Of a DNA stretch of 32,000 bases, positions 9,060 to 19,032 are shown piece by piece. Numbering within the stretch: position 1 is the first letter of the stretch; every line of letters starts with the position of its first letter. The notes below the pieces were generated by a model. The model was not told where the DNA came from, made no database searches, and was given only the letters and a program-made list of their open reading frames with translations. A program made the translations under genes and the position numbers. This stretch comes from Pasteurella multocida. GTDB taxonomy: Bacteria; Pseudomonadota; Gammaproteobacteria; Enterobacterales; Pasteurellaceae. The DNA lies in contig NZ_LT906458.1 of assembly GCF_900187275.1 (NCBI RefSeq), positions 2,010,001 through 2,042,000 on the forward strand. The letters run 5' to 3'.

Positions 9060-9536
9060 TTAAGAGTTAGGGGAAAATTTAAGCCGCATTGCAATATCAA
9101 TACACAAAAAGATTTTTTCATCATTGTTATGGCAAGCTTGGCGTAAGGTTTGGCGAGTGCTGAGCACCTGAATTCGCACTTGACGTAATTCGTCCAAAAA
9201 GTGCGGTTCAGATAATTGAAATTCTTCGATGAGTTGTTGCACAGTCAGGTTTTCAAACGTTTGAATTAAGCGCTCTAAAGTACAATAACTGGGGTATTTG
9301 CTGTGATAAAGCCAATCAAAAAATTGAGTATGGATTTTCTTTAATTTACTACGTCGATGAATAAGATGCAGCACAATACTGCAAATGAAAAGAAGGGCAA
9401 AAATCAGGTGAGTAGAAAGTGCAACAGGGAAGTTGATCCCAAAATAGAGAAAAAGCCCTGACAAGATTATGGCAGAAACGCTGATTAACATCAGCATAGT
9501 CAAACTAAATTTATAAATAACACTGAATTTTTGCAT
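9060..9536 (-). CDS. Small inner-membrane protein of unknown function, upstream of TonB receptor
   Basis: 158-aa ORF with two predicted N-terminal TM helices and a charged C-terminal cytoplasmic-type region; ends 10 bp before the receptor start, same strand. Confidence 0.7.
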   Translation of the reverse strand: MQKFSVIYKFSLTMLMLISVSAIILSGLFLYFGINFPVALSTHLIFALLFICSIVLHLIHRRSKLKKIHTQFFDWLYHSKYPSYCTLERLIQTFENLTVQQLIEEFQLSEPHFLDELRQVRIQVLSTRQTLRQACHNNDEKIFLCIDIAMRLKFSPNS

Positions 9537-9571
9537 AATTTGAGTGAGTAAAGTGAATAAATTTAGCGCAG

Positions 9572-9590
9572 ATTATAGAGTATCATTATA
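9572..9590 (-). promoter_or_regulatory. Candidate Fur-like box upstream of the small membrane protein/TonB receptor unit
   Basis: Minus strand TATAATGATACTCTATAAT matches 13 of 19 positions of GATAATGATAATCATTATC by hand alignment. Confidence 0.45.
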
Positions 9591-9620
9591 TAAAAATAAA
9601 TATAACGATAGGGATTTTTA

Positions 9621-9657
9621 AAGTGCGGTCAACATCGCTAAAATATTTACCGCACTT
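9621..9657. terminator. Paired inverted uptake signal sequences forming a hairpin
   Basis: AAGTGCGGT (9621..9629) and ACCGCACTT (9649..9657) in inverted orientation just past the 3' end of the minus-strand ABC exporter gene. Confidence 0.7.
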
Positions 9658-9680
9658 TTGAACTGAAGAAAAGAAACGTT

Positions 9681-11531
9681 TTAGTGATCTGTATCTGTCA
9701 AAAAACCACCGCTTTGATGGGTCCACAGTTTGGCATATAAACCATTTTGGGCAAGCAATTCATGGTGTGTCCCTTGTTCGACAATTTGCCCTTTATCTAA
9801 TACTACTAAGCGATCCATGGCAGCAATTGTTGATAAGCGATGAGCAATGGCAATGACGGTTTTATTTTCCATCATTTTATCGAGACTTTCTTGAATGGCG
9901 GCTTCGACTTCAGAATCGAGAGCGCTGGTGGCTTCATCAAGTAATAAAATCGGGGCGTCTTTTAACATCACGCGGGCGATCGCAATGCGTTGGCGTTGTC
10001 CACCTGAAAGTTTGACTCCTCGTTCACCCACATGGGCATCATAGCCCGTACGACCTTTGGCATCACTAAGTTGCGGAATAAAATCCGCTGCTTCAGCACG
10101 TTGTGCTGCACAGTACATTTCTTCTTCCGTCGCATGAGGGCGACCATAAACAATGTTCTCTCGCACGGAGCGATGTAGGAGTGAGGTATCTTGAGTGACT
10201 AAGCCGATTTGACTACGTAAACTTTCTTGCGAGACATCACATACATTTTGTCCATCAATAGTAATTGTCCCTTGTTGTGCTTCATAAAAACGCAGTAATA
10301 AATTGACAATAGTCGATTTTCCCGCGCCGGAACGCCCAATGAGTCCGACTTTTTCACCCGGTTTAATGGTTAAATTAAAGTCTGTGAGCAACGGTTTATC
10401 AGGCGAATAGGCAAAATGTACGTTGTGAAAGCGAATTTCTCCTTGCTGAATTTGAATGGGTTTCGCGTCTTGTTTATCCACGATCGTATGGGGTTTGCTG
10501 AGGGTTTGCATACCGTCATTGACCGTACCGATATTTTCAAATAAACGTGCAGACTCCCACATAATCCAATGGGATAGACCATTGACGCGTAACGCCATGG
10601 CTACAGCCGTGGCTATCGCACCGACGCCAATACTTCCTTGTTGCCAGAGAAAAATGCCTAATATTGCGGTCCCCAATGTCAAGGCGATATTGGCAGCGTA
10701 GGTCAGAATATCTAAACCTGTGCCTAAACGCATTTGTGCGTGTACGGTAAGCATAAATTCTTCCATTGAACGTTTCGCATACGCAGCTTCTCGTGTGCCA
10801 TGAGAGAAAAGTTTTACTGTCGTAATGTTTGCGTAGGCATCCGTGATACGTCCAGTCATCAGGGAACGTGCATCAGCTTGGCGCTCTGCGGTTTTTGCCA
10901 GTTTCGGGATAAGAATACGTAAAATCGTGCCGAAAGTGATTAACCAAAGTACAAAGGGTAACAGTAACCAGCCGTCTAGGCTGGCTAACACCACACCAGA
11001 GGTAATAAAATACACCGACACATACACCACCATATCCGCTAATGTGAGTACCGTATCACGTACCGCCAGTGCCGTTTGCATCACTTTAGCAGACACTCTG
11101 CCAGCAAATTCGTCTTGATAGAACGATAAACTTTGACCGAGCATCAAGCGATGGAAATTCCAACGTAAGCGCATTGGAAAGACCCCTTGCAGGGTTTGTA
11201 AGCGGACTGCGGAGGCGATGAATGCCCATACAATACTAAACAGCAGCAAGCCTGCCATCGCCAATAGTAATGGTCCTTTTTCTTGCCACAGTGTGAGCGG
11301 GGTATATTCGGTTAACCAGTCAACCAGAATACCCATAAAACGAAAGAGTACCCCTTCCACAATGCCGATACCAATCGTGAGGAACGCTAATAAAAAGATC
11401 CAACCGCGCATGCCCTCCAAATTTGCCCAAATAAAGCGGATCAGCGTTTTGGGTGCCGTTTTGGGGGCCTCAGGTGGATAAGGATTCACCCGATTTTCAA
11501 ACCATGTAAAAATCTTATCTAACATAAGCAT
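9681..11531 (-). CDS. ABC-type exporter, fused permease/ATPase (MsbA/MdlB-like)
   Basis: 616-aa ORF; N-terminal TM domain; Walker A GRSGAGKST, signature LSGGQRQRIAIARV, Walker B ILLLDEATSALD, H-loop IAIAHRLSTI. Confidence 0.93.
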   Translation of the reverse strand: MLMLDKIFTWFENRVNPYPPEAPKTAPKTLIRFIWANLEGMRGWIFLLAFLTIGIGIVEGVLFRFMGILVDWLTEYTPLTLWQEKGPLLLAMAGLLLFSIVWAFIASAVRLQTLQGVFPMRLRWNFHRLMLGQSLSFYQDEFAGRVSAKVMQTALAVRDTVLTLADMVVYVSVYFITSGVVLASLDGWLLLPFVLWLITFGTILRILIPKLAKTAERQADARSLMTGRITDAYANITTVKLFSHGTREAAYAKRSMEEFMLTVHAQMRLGTGLDILTYAANIALTLGTAILGIFLWQQGSIGVGAIATAVAMALRVNGLSHWIMWESARLFENIGTVNDGMQTLSKPHTIVDKQDAKPIQIQQGEIRFHNVHFAYSPDKPLLTDFNLTIKPGEKVGLIGRSGAGKSTIVNLLLRFYEAQQGTITIDGQNVCDVSQESLRSQIGLVTQDTSLLHRSVRENIVYGRPHATEEEMYCAAQRAEAADFIPQLSDAKGRTGYDAHVGERGVKLSGGQRQRIAIARVMLKDAPILLLDEATSALDSEVEAAIQESLDKMMENKTVIAIAHRLSTIAAMDRLVVLDKGQIVEQGTHHELLAQNGLYAKLWTHQSGGFLTDTDH

Positions 11532-11595
11532 TCCTTTATAACATTGCGAGGTTCATCATTGAACGTCATAAAATTTATAAAAAACAGGCCGCACT

Positions 11596-12654
11596 TTAAA
11601 ACAGATTGAGTGCTTTCATTTGGGCAACAACGTCCGCAACCTCAATTTCTGCCATCAGATTTTTCCCTTTTAACTTAGTTGCCCAAGGTAATTGATTAGA
11701 CGGCTTACCGAACTCTTTTTGTACATTTTGTTCATAGACCGACACGACGTTGGCTAGATTGTTGTAAGGACCTGTACGCAAGGGATTGTGATACGCATAT
11801 AAACCAATGACATCGGTACCTTGCGTGGTGGCGAGATGTGCAGGTCCCGAGTCGGGGGAAAGCACGACATCGACCATACCGATCAATGCAGTAAGTTGTT
11901 TGAGGTTAGTTTTGCCAGATAAATCAGTAGGTGTAAACTTACATTGGGCGAGGATTTTTTGTACCATTTCTTTTTCACGTTTTGCTGGTGAAGCACAAAA
12001 AATAACATGAATGTTGTGTTGATGTGCGATATTGGCAATGTCGGCATAACGTTCAACCAACCAATCTTTTTCAGTTTTACTGGAACAAGGTGAAATCAAT
12101 AAATTTTTTCGTGTTTTATCCACATATTGGGCGACAGCATTGCGGTCTGCATCGCTAATAGCAAGTTGCCATTGTGGTGCAGTGATAGGAACGCCGAGAT
12201 AGGCTACAAATGCCATAAAACCATCAAGCACATGCGGACTTTGTGGCTCGTGAATTTTCCGATTGGTAAACAACCCTTGTCCTTCTCTTGCTCGTTTTTT
12301 GCCAAAACCCACTTTATAAGTGGCATTGATCCCGAGTGAAATCATGGAAGCGCGTAAGGCCGTTTGCATATTTAATAACGCATCAAAATGACGTGATTTT
12401 AATTGTTTCCACAGGGCAAAGATGCCTTTCCAGCCAGTTTTTTTATCGTAACTGATTAATTCAATATCAGGAATACCAGCCAGTAACTGCGCCTCTGTTT
12501 TGCCGACGATCCACGTGATTTTTGTATCTGGCCAATGGCGTTGAATTTGTTGTACCGCAGCCAATGCGTGACAAACATCACCAATAGCCGATAAACGTAA
12601 AATACAAAGTGAGTGGGGGGGCGTGCTAAACAGCGGTATCATTATCTCGTCCAA
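11596..12654 (-). CDS. opsX: ADP-heptose--LPS heptosyltransferase I
   Basis: 352-aa GT9 heptosyltransferase: ILRLSAIGDVCHALAAVQQIQ, SPDSGPAHLATTQGTDVIGLY; adjacent to kdkA and waaA as in other Pasteurellaceae. Start may be slightly internal. Confidence 0.88.
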   Translation of the reverse strand: MDEIMIPLFSTPPHSLCILRLSAIGDVCHALAAVQQIQRHWPDTKITWIVGKTEAQLLAGIPDIELISYDKKTGWKGIFALWKQLKSRHFDALLNMQTALRASMISLGINATYKVGFGKKRAREGQGLFTNRKIHEPQSPHVLDGFMAFVAYLGVPITAPQWQLAISDADRNAVAQYVDKTRKNLLISPCSSKTEKDWLVERYADIANIAHQHNIHVIFCASPAKREKEMVQKILAQCKFTPTDLSGKTNLKQLTALIGMVDVVLSPDSGPAHLATTQGTDVIGLYAYHNPLRTGPYNNLANVVSVYEQNVQKEFGKPSNQLPWATKLKGKNLMAEIEVADVVAQMKALNLF

Positions 12655-12730
12655 TAAATCTTGTGTGAATTTTAACTATTTTAAAGTAGAATGTGACCAT
12701 TCGCTATCTCTGATTTCATCTAATAAAAAT

Positions 12731-13453
12731 ATGCTTGAATTTAAACACAAAAATACGTTTTTCTTGTTTAACTTTAAACAACCTAAAGCACAGCAGGCGT
12801 GCTTTTTTCGATCTTCATTTTGGAAAAAACAAGCGCGTATTCTTGGTTCCGCACAGGGACGAGGCGTAACGTGGTTTTTACAAACAAAAGATTTGTTTGG
12901 TGTCAACGCAGCATTAAAACATTATTACCGTGGTGGGTTATGGGGCAAAATTAATCGAGATTATTATCGTTTCTCAACCTTATCTAATGCGCGTAGTTTT
13001 GCGGAGTTTTCGTTGTTAAAACAACTTCATGAAGCAGGGCTCGCTGTTCCAAAGCCCCTTGGCGCTTGTGTGGAAAAAGTCGCATTTGGTTTTTATCGTG
13101 CTGATTTGTTAACAGAAAAAATTGAGCATGCACAAGATCTCACTGTCTATTTACAACAAGATAAGCTGACGGAACAAGATTGGCACAAAGTCGGACAACT
13201 CATTCATCAATTACACAGTTTGCAAGTGTGCCATACCGACTTAAATGCGCACAATATTTTGGTACAACAACGAGACGATGGGCGTAAATTCTGGTTAATT
13301 GATTTTGATAAATGTGCACATCAGCTTGGTGAACGTTGGAAAAGTGAAAATTTAAACAGATTACACCGCTCTTTTATGAAAGAAGTGACGCGGATGAAAA
13401 TTCAATTCAGTGAACAAGACTGGCAAGCTTTGTTAGCGGGATATCAAGCATAA
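12731..13453 (+). CDS. kdkA: 3-deoxy-D-manno-octulosonic acid (Kdo) kinase
   Basis: HYYRGGLWGKINRDYYRFS, VPKPLGA, VCHTDLNAHNILV kinase-fold motifs, similar to known KdkA. ORF track begins at 12623; start reassigned to MLEFKHKNTFFLFNF at 12731 by homology of the N-terminus. Confidence 0.92.
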   Translation: MLEFKHKNTFFLFNFKQPKAQQACFFRSSFWKKQARILGSAQGRGVTWFLQTKDLFGVNAALKHYYRGGLWGKINRDYYRFSTLSNARSFAEFSLLKQLHEAGLAVPKPLGACVEKVAFGFYRADLLTEKIEHAQDLTVYLQQDKLTEQDWHKVGQLIHQLHSLQVCHTDLNAHNILVQQRDDGRKFWLIDFDKCAHQLGERWKSENLNRLHRSFMKEVTRMKIQFSEQDWQALLAGYQA

Positions 13454-13478
13454 GGGGAAAACATATTTCCCCTTTTTT
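13452..13478. terminator. Terminator between convergent kdkA and coaD
   Basis: AAGGGGAAA-ACATA-TTTCCCCTT followed by T run. Confidence 0.75.
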
Positions 13479-13490
13479 CATCGTAGTGAA

Positions 13491-13967
13491 CTATTTTTTT
13501 AAGTTTTGTAAGGCGTGAAAAACGACTTCGGGCACGAGTTGACTTACATCGCCATGATGTAAATGGATTTCACGAATCATGGTAGAGGACACATATGACC
13601 AACGTTCAGAAGGTGGGAAAAATAAACTTTCTACTCCATTGGTTAATAAGCGATTTAAGTGGGCAAGCTGTAATTCATAGTCAAAATCGCTGGCACTACG
13701 CACACCACGAATAATCGCTGTGATATTTCGTTCCTTGACCACATCCGCCAGTAAATCTAAAAAACCGACTACAGTCACATTCGGTAAGTGAGCGACGGCT
13801 TGCTTGACGAGTTCCACACGTGTTGCTAAATCAAACAAAGGCTTTTTATTCGGATTGGACGCCACGGCGACTAACACATTGGGAAATAAACGTGCGGTAC
13901 GTTGAATAATATCCAGATGTCCATTCGTAATGGGATCAAAGGTGCCAGGGTAAATAACCGTAATCAT
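13491..13967 (-). CDS. coaD: Phosphopantetheine adenylyltransferase
   Basis: 158 aa; [51 protein letters not shown]. Confidence 0.97.
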   Translation of the reverse strand: MITVIYPGTFDPITNGHLDIIQRTARLFPNVLVAVASNPNKKPLFDLATRVELVKQAVAHLPNVTVVGFLDLLADVVKERNITAIIRGVRSASDFDYELQLAHLNRLLTNGVESLFFPPSERWSYVSSTMIREIHLHHGDVSQLVPEVVFHALQNLKK

Positions 13968-15247
13968 ACTGTTTTACTTAAATAAGGATCTAATAAATCT
14001 AACAAACGTTGTAAGGCGCCACGATTTTCAATCAGGACTTCATAACCCGCATTGCCATAACGCTTACGTAATTCTTGTGAATCTAGAAATTTTTCGACTG
14101 CATTGGTCAGGGCTTTGGTGTTTTCATTCACTTCTAATACGCCTTGTACTTGCAACAGTTTTGTAAACACTTCAGGGAAGTTAAAGGTGTATTTACCACT
14201 GATGACAGGTAATTTAAAGGCAAGTGGTTCGAGTGGATTATGTCCCCCATGCTTAACCAAACTGCCTCCCACAAAAGCAATATCGGCAAGCCCATACATC
14301 AACATCAGCTCACCCATGGTATCACCAAGTACAACTTGAGTTGAGCTATCGGGCGTAACATGATCGCTACGACGAACGTAAGTCAATTTATGTTTTTTAA
14401 TTAATTCCGCCACCATATTAAAGCGTTCTGGATGACGAGGGACAAGAATTAACAATAGATTTGGGTATTTATGTAGTAAGAGACGATGAGTTTCTAAGAT
14501 AAGATCTTCTTCTCCCTCATGTGTACTTGCCGCGATCCACACCGGGCGTTGGTCAACCCAAGCCTGTTTGAGTGACGCAACTTGTTGCATCAGCGCATCG
14601 TTGAGTACTAAATCATATTTGATGTTGCCGGTTAATTTTAAACGTTGCGCATCATAACCGAGCGATAAATAACGTTGAGCACTGACGTTATCTTGTGATG
14701 CAATTAGACTGATGTGATCAAAAATGTGATGTAGTGCGCCTTTGAACCAGTGATAACGCTGTGTTGAACGTGCGGATAAACGCGCATTAGCAATAATAAA
14801 CGGAATGGCTTGTTTTTTGAGTTGCACAATTAAATTCGGCCAAATTTCAGTTTCAATCACAATACAGACTTTCGGTTGCACAAAGGCAATAAAACGGTTA
14901 ACGGCATCCGGTAAATCGTAAGGTAAGTAAAAGTGAGTAACACTGTCGCCAAAGGCGGCCTTTACTCGATCAGAGCCGGTGGGTGTCACCGTGGTGACTG
15001 TCAGGGGTAACGTCGGATAAAGGGCTTGCAGACGCTTAATCAGTGGCGTTGCTGCAATAACCTCGCCCACAGAAGCCGCATGGATGACAACACCATTTGC
15101 TTTTGGTGGTACTGCACCACAATAAAAGCCATAACGTTCATTAAGGCGTTTACGGTAATTTGGGGCTTTTAAGCTACGTCCTAGCATAAATAAGACAACC
15201 AAAGGTTGAATCAAATACATTAAGACGGTATAGACGAAACGTAACAT
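13964..15247 (-). CDS. waaA: Kdo transferase (3-deoxy-D-manno-octulosonic acid transferase)
   Basis: 427 aa; [53 protein letters not shown] overlap with coaD. Confidence 0.96.
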   Translation of the reverse strand: MLRFVYTVLMYLIQPLVVLFMLGRSLKAPNYRKRLNERYGFYCGAVPPKANGVVIHAASVGEVIAATPLIKRLQALYPTLPLTVTTVTPTGSDRVKAAFGDSVTHFYLPYDLPDAVNRFIAFVQPKVCIVIETEIWPNLIVQLKKQAIPFIIANARLSARSTQRYHWFKGALHHIFDHISLIASQDNVSAQRYLSLGYDAQRLKLTGNIKYDLVLNDALMQQVASLKQAWVDQRPVWIAASTHEGEEDLILETHRLLLHKYPNLLLILVPRHPERFNMVAELIKKHKLTYVRRSDHVTPDSSTQVVLGDTMGELMLMYGLADIAFVGGSLVKHGGHNPLEPLAFKLPVISGKYTFNFPEVFTKLLQVQGVLEVNENTKALTNAVEKFLDSQELRKRYGNAGYEVLIENRGALQRLLDLLDPYLSKTV

Positions 15248-15329
15248 AGCATAAATATTCGGTTATGTTAAAATGACAGACATTGCCCTTAGTATAAACT
15301 GTTGCACTCAAGACATAAAGGATTAAAGT

Positions 15330-16094
15330 ATGCCAACACTTAGCGTTGCGATGATTGTTAAAAATGAAGCCGAGCATTTAGCACAATGTTTAGATACAGT
15401 GAAAGATTGGGTGGATGACATTGTGATTTTAGATTCGGGGAGTACGGACAACACAAAAGAAATTGCGTTAAGTTATGGTGCAAAGTTCTATGCGCATTGT
15501 GAGTGGCCTGGTTTTGGTCGCCAACGTCAAATCGCGCAACAATATGTGACCACTGATTACGTCTTATGGCTAGATGCGGATGAACGTGTTACGCCAGAAT
15601 TGCGTGAGTCTATTCAACGCGCGGTCGCAAAAAATGAAAAAAATGTGGTGTATAAAATTTCACGTTTAAGTGAAGTATTTGGACGCAAAATTCGCCACTC
15701 TAACTGGTATCCCGATTTTGTTTTACGCTTATATCCAACCGCATTGACACAATATAATGATGAACCGGTGCATGAAAAAGTCATGTTGCCGAGCCATGCA
15801 AAAGTGGAAAAATTAGCAGGGGATTTAGAGCATTATACTTATAAAGATATGCATCATTATTTAGTGAAATCTGCTGGTTATGCGAAGGCGTGGGCGGAAA
15901 AACGCGAAAAAGCCGGTAAAAAAGGGAGTCTGTTTTCCGCATTTACCCATGCGATTGGCTGTTTTGCCAAAATGTATATTTTCAATGCGGGTTTCCTTGA
16001 CGGTAAACAAGGCTTACTCCTTGCCATCCTCTCCGCCCATTCGACTTTTGTCAAATATGCAGACTTATGGATTAGAACACAAACGAAAAAGTAA
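15330..16094 (+). CDS. lgtF: Family 2 glycosyltransferase, LPS inner-core beta-1,4-glucosyltransferase type (LgtF/WaaE-like)
   Basis: 254 aa; [46 protein letters not shown]; divergent from waaA. Confidence 0.87.
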   Translation: MPTLSVAMIVKNEAEHLAQCLDTVKDWVDDIVILDSGSTDNTKEIALSYGAKFYAHCEWPGFGRQRQIAQQYVTTDYVLWLDADERVTPELRESIQRAVAKNEKNVVYKISRLSEVFGRKIRHSNWYPDFVLRLYPTALTQYNDEPVHEKVMLPSHAKVEKLAGDLEHYTYKDMHHYLVKSAGYAKAWAEKREKAGKKGSLFSAFTHAIGCFAKMYIFNAGFLDGKQGLLLAILSAHSTFVKYADLWIRTQTKK

Positions 16095-16110
16095 TTTAAA
16101 TTCAGAGAGC

Positions 16111-16138
16111 AGCACAAGGATTTTCCTTGTGCTTTTTT
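16111..16138 (+). terminator. Terminator downstream of lgtF
   Basis: AGCACAAGGA-TTT-TCCTTGTGCT + TTTTT. Confidence 0.85.
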
Positions 16139-16252
16139 ATGCGACATTTCTCACAAAAAACACTTTTAATTCCTTGGTTTGACGTGAAGTTATTTATTTC
16201 TTTCGATGTAAATAATAGTATATAGCGAAATCTTAACCAGAAAGGAGTGGCT

Positions 16253-17281
16253 ATGTTAACGAAATTTATTAAAAAATCGACCGCACTTTTAGTGCTTTCT
16301 TTATTTGCGGGTGTCGTCAGTGCACAAAGTGAATTCTCATTAGTGGCAGGGAAATATGGTGAGGTGGAAGGGCAAAAGGTCCAAAAAGTGTTAAGTGCAG
16401 GCAAAGTGGCAGATGTGTTGTTGATTGCATTAGCGCCTGAAAAACTATTAGGTGTATCAAGTGAATTACCGAAGAAAGGGATGCCTTATTTTTCTGAGCA
16501 AGTCCAAAAATTCGAGGTGACAGGGCGCTTGGCAGGACGAGGTTCTACCGCACCATTGGAAAAACTGGTGGCGTTGAAACCGGATATTATTGTAGATGTT
16601 GGTAGTGTGAGTAAAAGTTATCTGGCGACAGCGGAACGGGTTAATCAACAAACCCAACTGCCTTTTGTGTTAGTGGATGGTAAATTCCCACAAACTGCGC
16701 AGCAAATTCGTGAAGTGGCGAAATTAATTGGTAGTGAGGAAAAAGGTGAAAAACTCGCTACTTATGCGGAGAAAGTGCTCGCCCTGACTGAAAATAGTGT
16801 ACGCAATGAGAAACAGCCGGTTACTGTTTACTTTGCTCGTGGCGCGGATGGGTTAGAAACCGGTTTAGCTGGGTCTATCCACGGTGAAGTATTAGATTGG
16901 GTGGGGATGAAAAATGTTGCTGATGTGGCAGGTGAGAAGAAAATTGCACGTGTGTCGATGGAGCAACTTTTACAGTGGCAACCTAATGTGATTTTGACAC
17001 ACGATAAAAATTTCTATGAGTTATTGAAAACCGCAGATGTGTGGCAGCAATTAAGTGCGGTCAAAAATAAGCAATTTTATTTAGTGCCGGCAGAACCGTT
17101 CGGCTGGTTAGATCAGCCACCAAGTGTGAATCGTTTATTAGGTGCGGTATGGTTAGCTCATCATTTTGCCGCCGAGAAGGTGGATGCGAAACAGTATGCG
17201 ATGTTAATTAATGACTACTTTGCGTTGTTCTATGGTCATCAATTAGATCAAAAAGCACAGGCAAAGTTTGGCATTAAATAA
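16253..17281 (+). CDS. FecB/BtuF-like periplasmic binding protein of a metal/metallophore ABC importer
   Basis: Signal peptide MLTKFIKKSTALLVLSLFAGVVSA; LVALKPDIIVDVG, MEQLLQWQPNVILTHD, GWLDQPPSVNRLLGAVWLAH. The track start (16247, GTG) overlaps the AAAGGAG ribosome-binding site, so ATG 16253 is preferred. Confidence 0.88.
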   Translation: MLTKFIKKSTALLVLSLFAGVVSAQSEFSLVAGKYGEVEGQKVQKVLSAGKVADVLLIALAPEKLLGVSSELPKKGMPYFSEQVQKFEVTGRLAGRGSTAPLEKLVALKPDIIVDVGSVSKSYLATAERVNQQTQLPFVLVDGKFPQTAQQIREVAKLIGSEEKGEKLATYAEKVLALTENSVRNEKQPVTVYFARGADGLETGLAGSIHGEVLDWVGMKNVADVAGEKKIARVSMEQLLQWQPNVILTHDKNFYELLKTADVWQQLSAVKNKQFYLVPAEPFGWLDQPPSVNRLLGAVWLAHHFAAEKVDAKQYAMLINDYFALFYGHQLDQKAQAKFGIK

Positions 17282-17287
17282 TTCGTT

Positions 17288-18280
17288 ATGAATGTAACCG
17301 CTCGTTTATGGCTACCACCGATATTATTAGTGTTGGTCGCCATATCAGCTTGTTTGATTGGGCAATATCACATCGCCTTGCAAGATGTTTGGCAGGCGGT
17401 ATTGCATATTGCGGCGGATAATCCTCGTACTGATGCCGAAACGGTCTTATGGAATATTCGTTTACCGCGTATTTTTACCGCCATTATTGTCGGTGCGGCG
17501 TTATCTGTTGCCGGGGCAACTTACCAAGGGATGTTTAAAAATCCCTTGGTCTCCCCAGATATTTTAGGCGTGACAGCAGGCGCAGGACTGGGGGCGGTTA
17601 CGGCGATTTATTTTGGCGGTTCGTTATTCACGATTCAAGTCGTTGCATTTTTAGGCGGATTACTAGCAGTATTTTTAGTCTATTTAATCTCACGTACGGC
17701 ACCTCATCACTCACCGACCTTAGCCTTAGTGTTAGCAGGCATTGCGATTGCATCGTTATTAAGTGCGGGCATCTCGTTATTAAAAATCTTATCGGATCCT
17801 TATAGTCAATTAACCACGATCACTTTTTGGTTAATGGGCGGATTAAATATGGCAACCTTAAATGATCTTGCTTTAGTTGCCCCTTTAATTTGTGCTAGTT
17901 TGATTCCTTTAATTTTATTACGTTGGCGGATGAATTTACTCAGTTTAGATGACGAGGAAGCTGAAACATTGGGTATTAATACGAAACGTACACGGCTTAT
18001 TTTTATCTTATCCGCAACACTCATGACTTCAGCTGCGGTGTCTATTACAGGGATTATTGGTTGGGTTGGCTTGATCATTCCGCATATTGCGCGTTTATGG
18101 ATTGGTGCGGATTTCCGGCGTTTATTGCCAACGAGTTTATTTATCGGTGCCACTTTTTTGCTACTCACTGATACCATTGCCCGTTCAATTTTCTCCATAG
18201 AAGTCCCTTTAGGCATTATTACCTCTCTGGTCGGTGCGCCGTTCTTTTTGAGTTTACTCATTCAAGGAGGGAAGCGATGA
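17288..18280 (+). CDS. FecCD-family ABC importer permease
   Basis: 330 aa; RLPRIFTAIIVGAALSVAGATYQGMFKNPLVSPDILGVTAGAGLGA, GIIGWVGLIIPHIARLWIG. Confidence 0.95.
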   Translation: MNVTARLWLPPILLVLVAISACLIGQYHIALQDVWQAVLHIAADNPRTDAETVLWNIRLPRIFTAIIVGAALSVAGATYQGMFKNPLVSPDILGVTAGAGLGAVTAIYFGGSLFTIQVVAFLGGLLAVFLVYLISRTAPHHSPTLALVLAGIAIASLLSAGISLLKILSDPYSQLTTITFWLMGGLNMATLNDLALVAPLICASLIPLILLRWRMNLLSLDDEEAETLGINTKRTRLIFILSATLMTSAAVSITGIIGWVGLIIPHIARLWIGADFRRLLPTSLFIGATFLLLTDTIARSIFSIEVPLGIITSLVGAPFFLSLLIQGGKR

Positions 18281-19032
18281 GTTTGGTCACTTTGAAGCAT
18301 GTGAGTATAGGCTATAAAAAACAGGTGTTAGCTTCGGATCTTAATTTACAGCTTGAGCCGAATCAGGTGGTCTGTTTACTTGGGGCGAACGGCTGTGGCA
18401 AAACCACGTTACTCAAAACGTTGTTAGGTCTATTGCCTACGCTTGCTGGAGAAATATTGTTACAAAACCGACCGCACTTTACCTGGACACAAAAAGAATT
18501 GGCACAATTTATTGGTTATGTGCCACAAGTACATCATTTGTTCCATTTTACCGTACAAGAAGTGGTGCTGATGGGCAGGACTGCCCAACTTGCTTGGTAC
18601 AGTTCTCCTAAACAAAAGGATATTGCGATTGCAGAGCAGTGTCTCTCGACGTTGGGCATCGCCCATTTGAGTCAGCGTTTTTACCATGAAATTAGTGGTG
18701 GGGAGCGTCAATTAGTATTGATTGCTCGTGCTTTAGCACAACAGCCTGCTTTTTTGATTATGGATGAACCAACGTCTAATCTGGATTTTGGTAATCAAAT
18801 TCGCGTATTAGAAAAAATTACACAGCTAAAACAAACAGGATTGTCAATTTTAATGACTACACATCAACCCGAGCACAGCTTTCATGTCGCTGATCGGACT
18901 ATCTTGTTCCATCAAGGTCGTATTATTGCAAACGGTACACCAAAACAAACCCTGACTACACAAAATTTAGCCAAGATTTATCAATTAGACGAAGACGTAT
19001 TACGCAAAAATTTAAGGATATCTTATGAATAA
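18277..19032 (+). CDS. FecE/BtuD-like ABC importer ATPase
   Basis: 251 aa; GANGCGKTTLLKTLLG, ISGGERQLVLIARALAQ, FLIMDEPTSNLDF; overlaps the permease stop codon. Confidence 0.95.
   Translation: MSLVTLKHVSIGYKKQVLASDLNLQLEPNQVVCLLGANGCGKTTLLKTLLGLLPTLAGEILLQNRPHFTWTQKELAQFIGYVPQVHHLFHFTVQEVVLMGRTAQLAWYSSPKQKDIAIAEQCLSTLGIAHLSQRFYHEISGGERQLVLIARALAQQPAFLIMDEPTSNLDFGNQIRVLEKITQLKQTGLSILMTTHQPEHSFHVADRTILFHQGRIIANGTPKQTLTTQNLAKIYQLDEDVLRKNLRISYE

Noticed and set aside
9050-9124. 25-aa N-terminal extension of the TonB receptor in the ORF track
   Set aside because: Would place sequence before a good signal peptide and overlap the upstream gene; ATG 9049 has a proper ribosome-binding site.
9968-11481. 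Multiple ORFs within the ABC exporter gene on both strands
   Set aside because: Overlap a convincing ABC exporter; typical antisense shadows.
16205-16229. Possible Fur site upstream of the ABC importer (GTAAATAATAGTATATAGC)
   Set aside because: Only about 11 of 19 consensus matches by hand in a very AT-rich region, near what chance could give.
17806-18261. 151-aa minus-strand ORF opposite the FecCD permease
   Set aside because: Low-complexity Lys/Ile/Pro-rich composition consistent with the reverse complement of a membrane protein gene.
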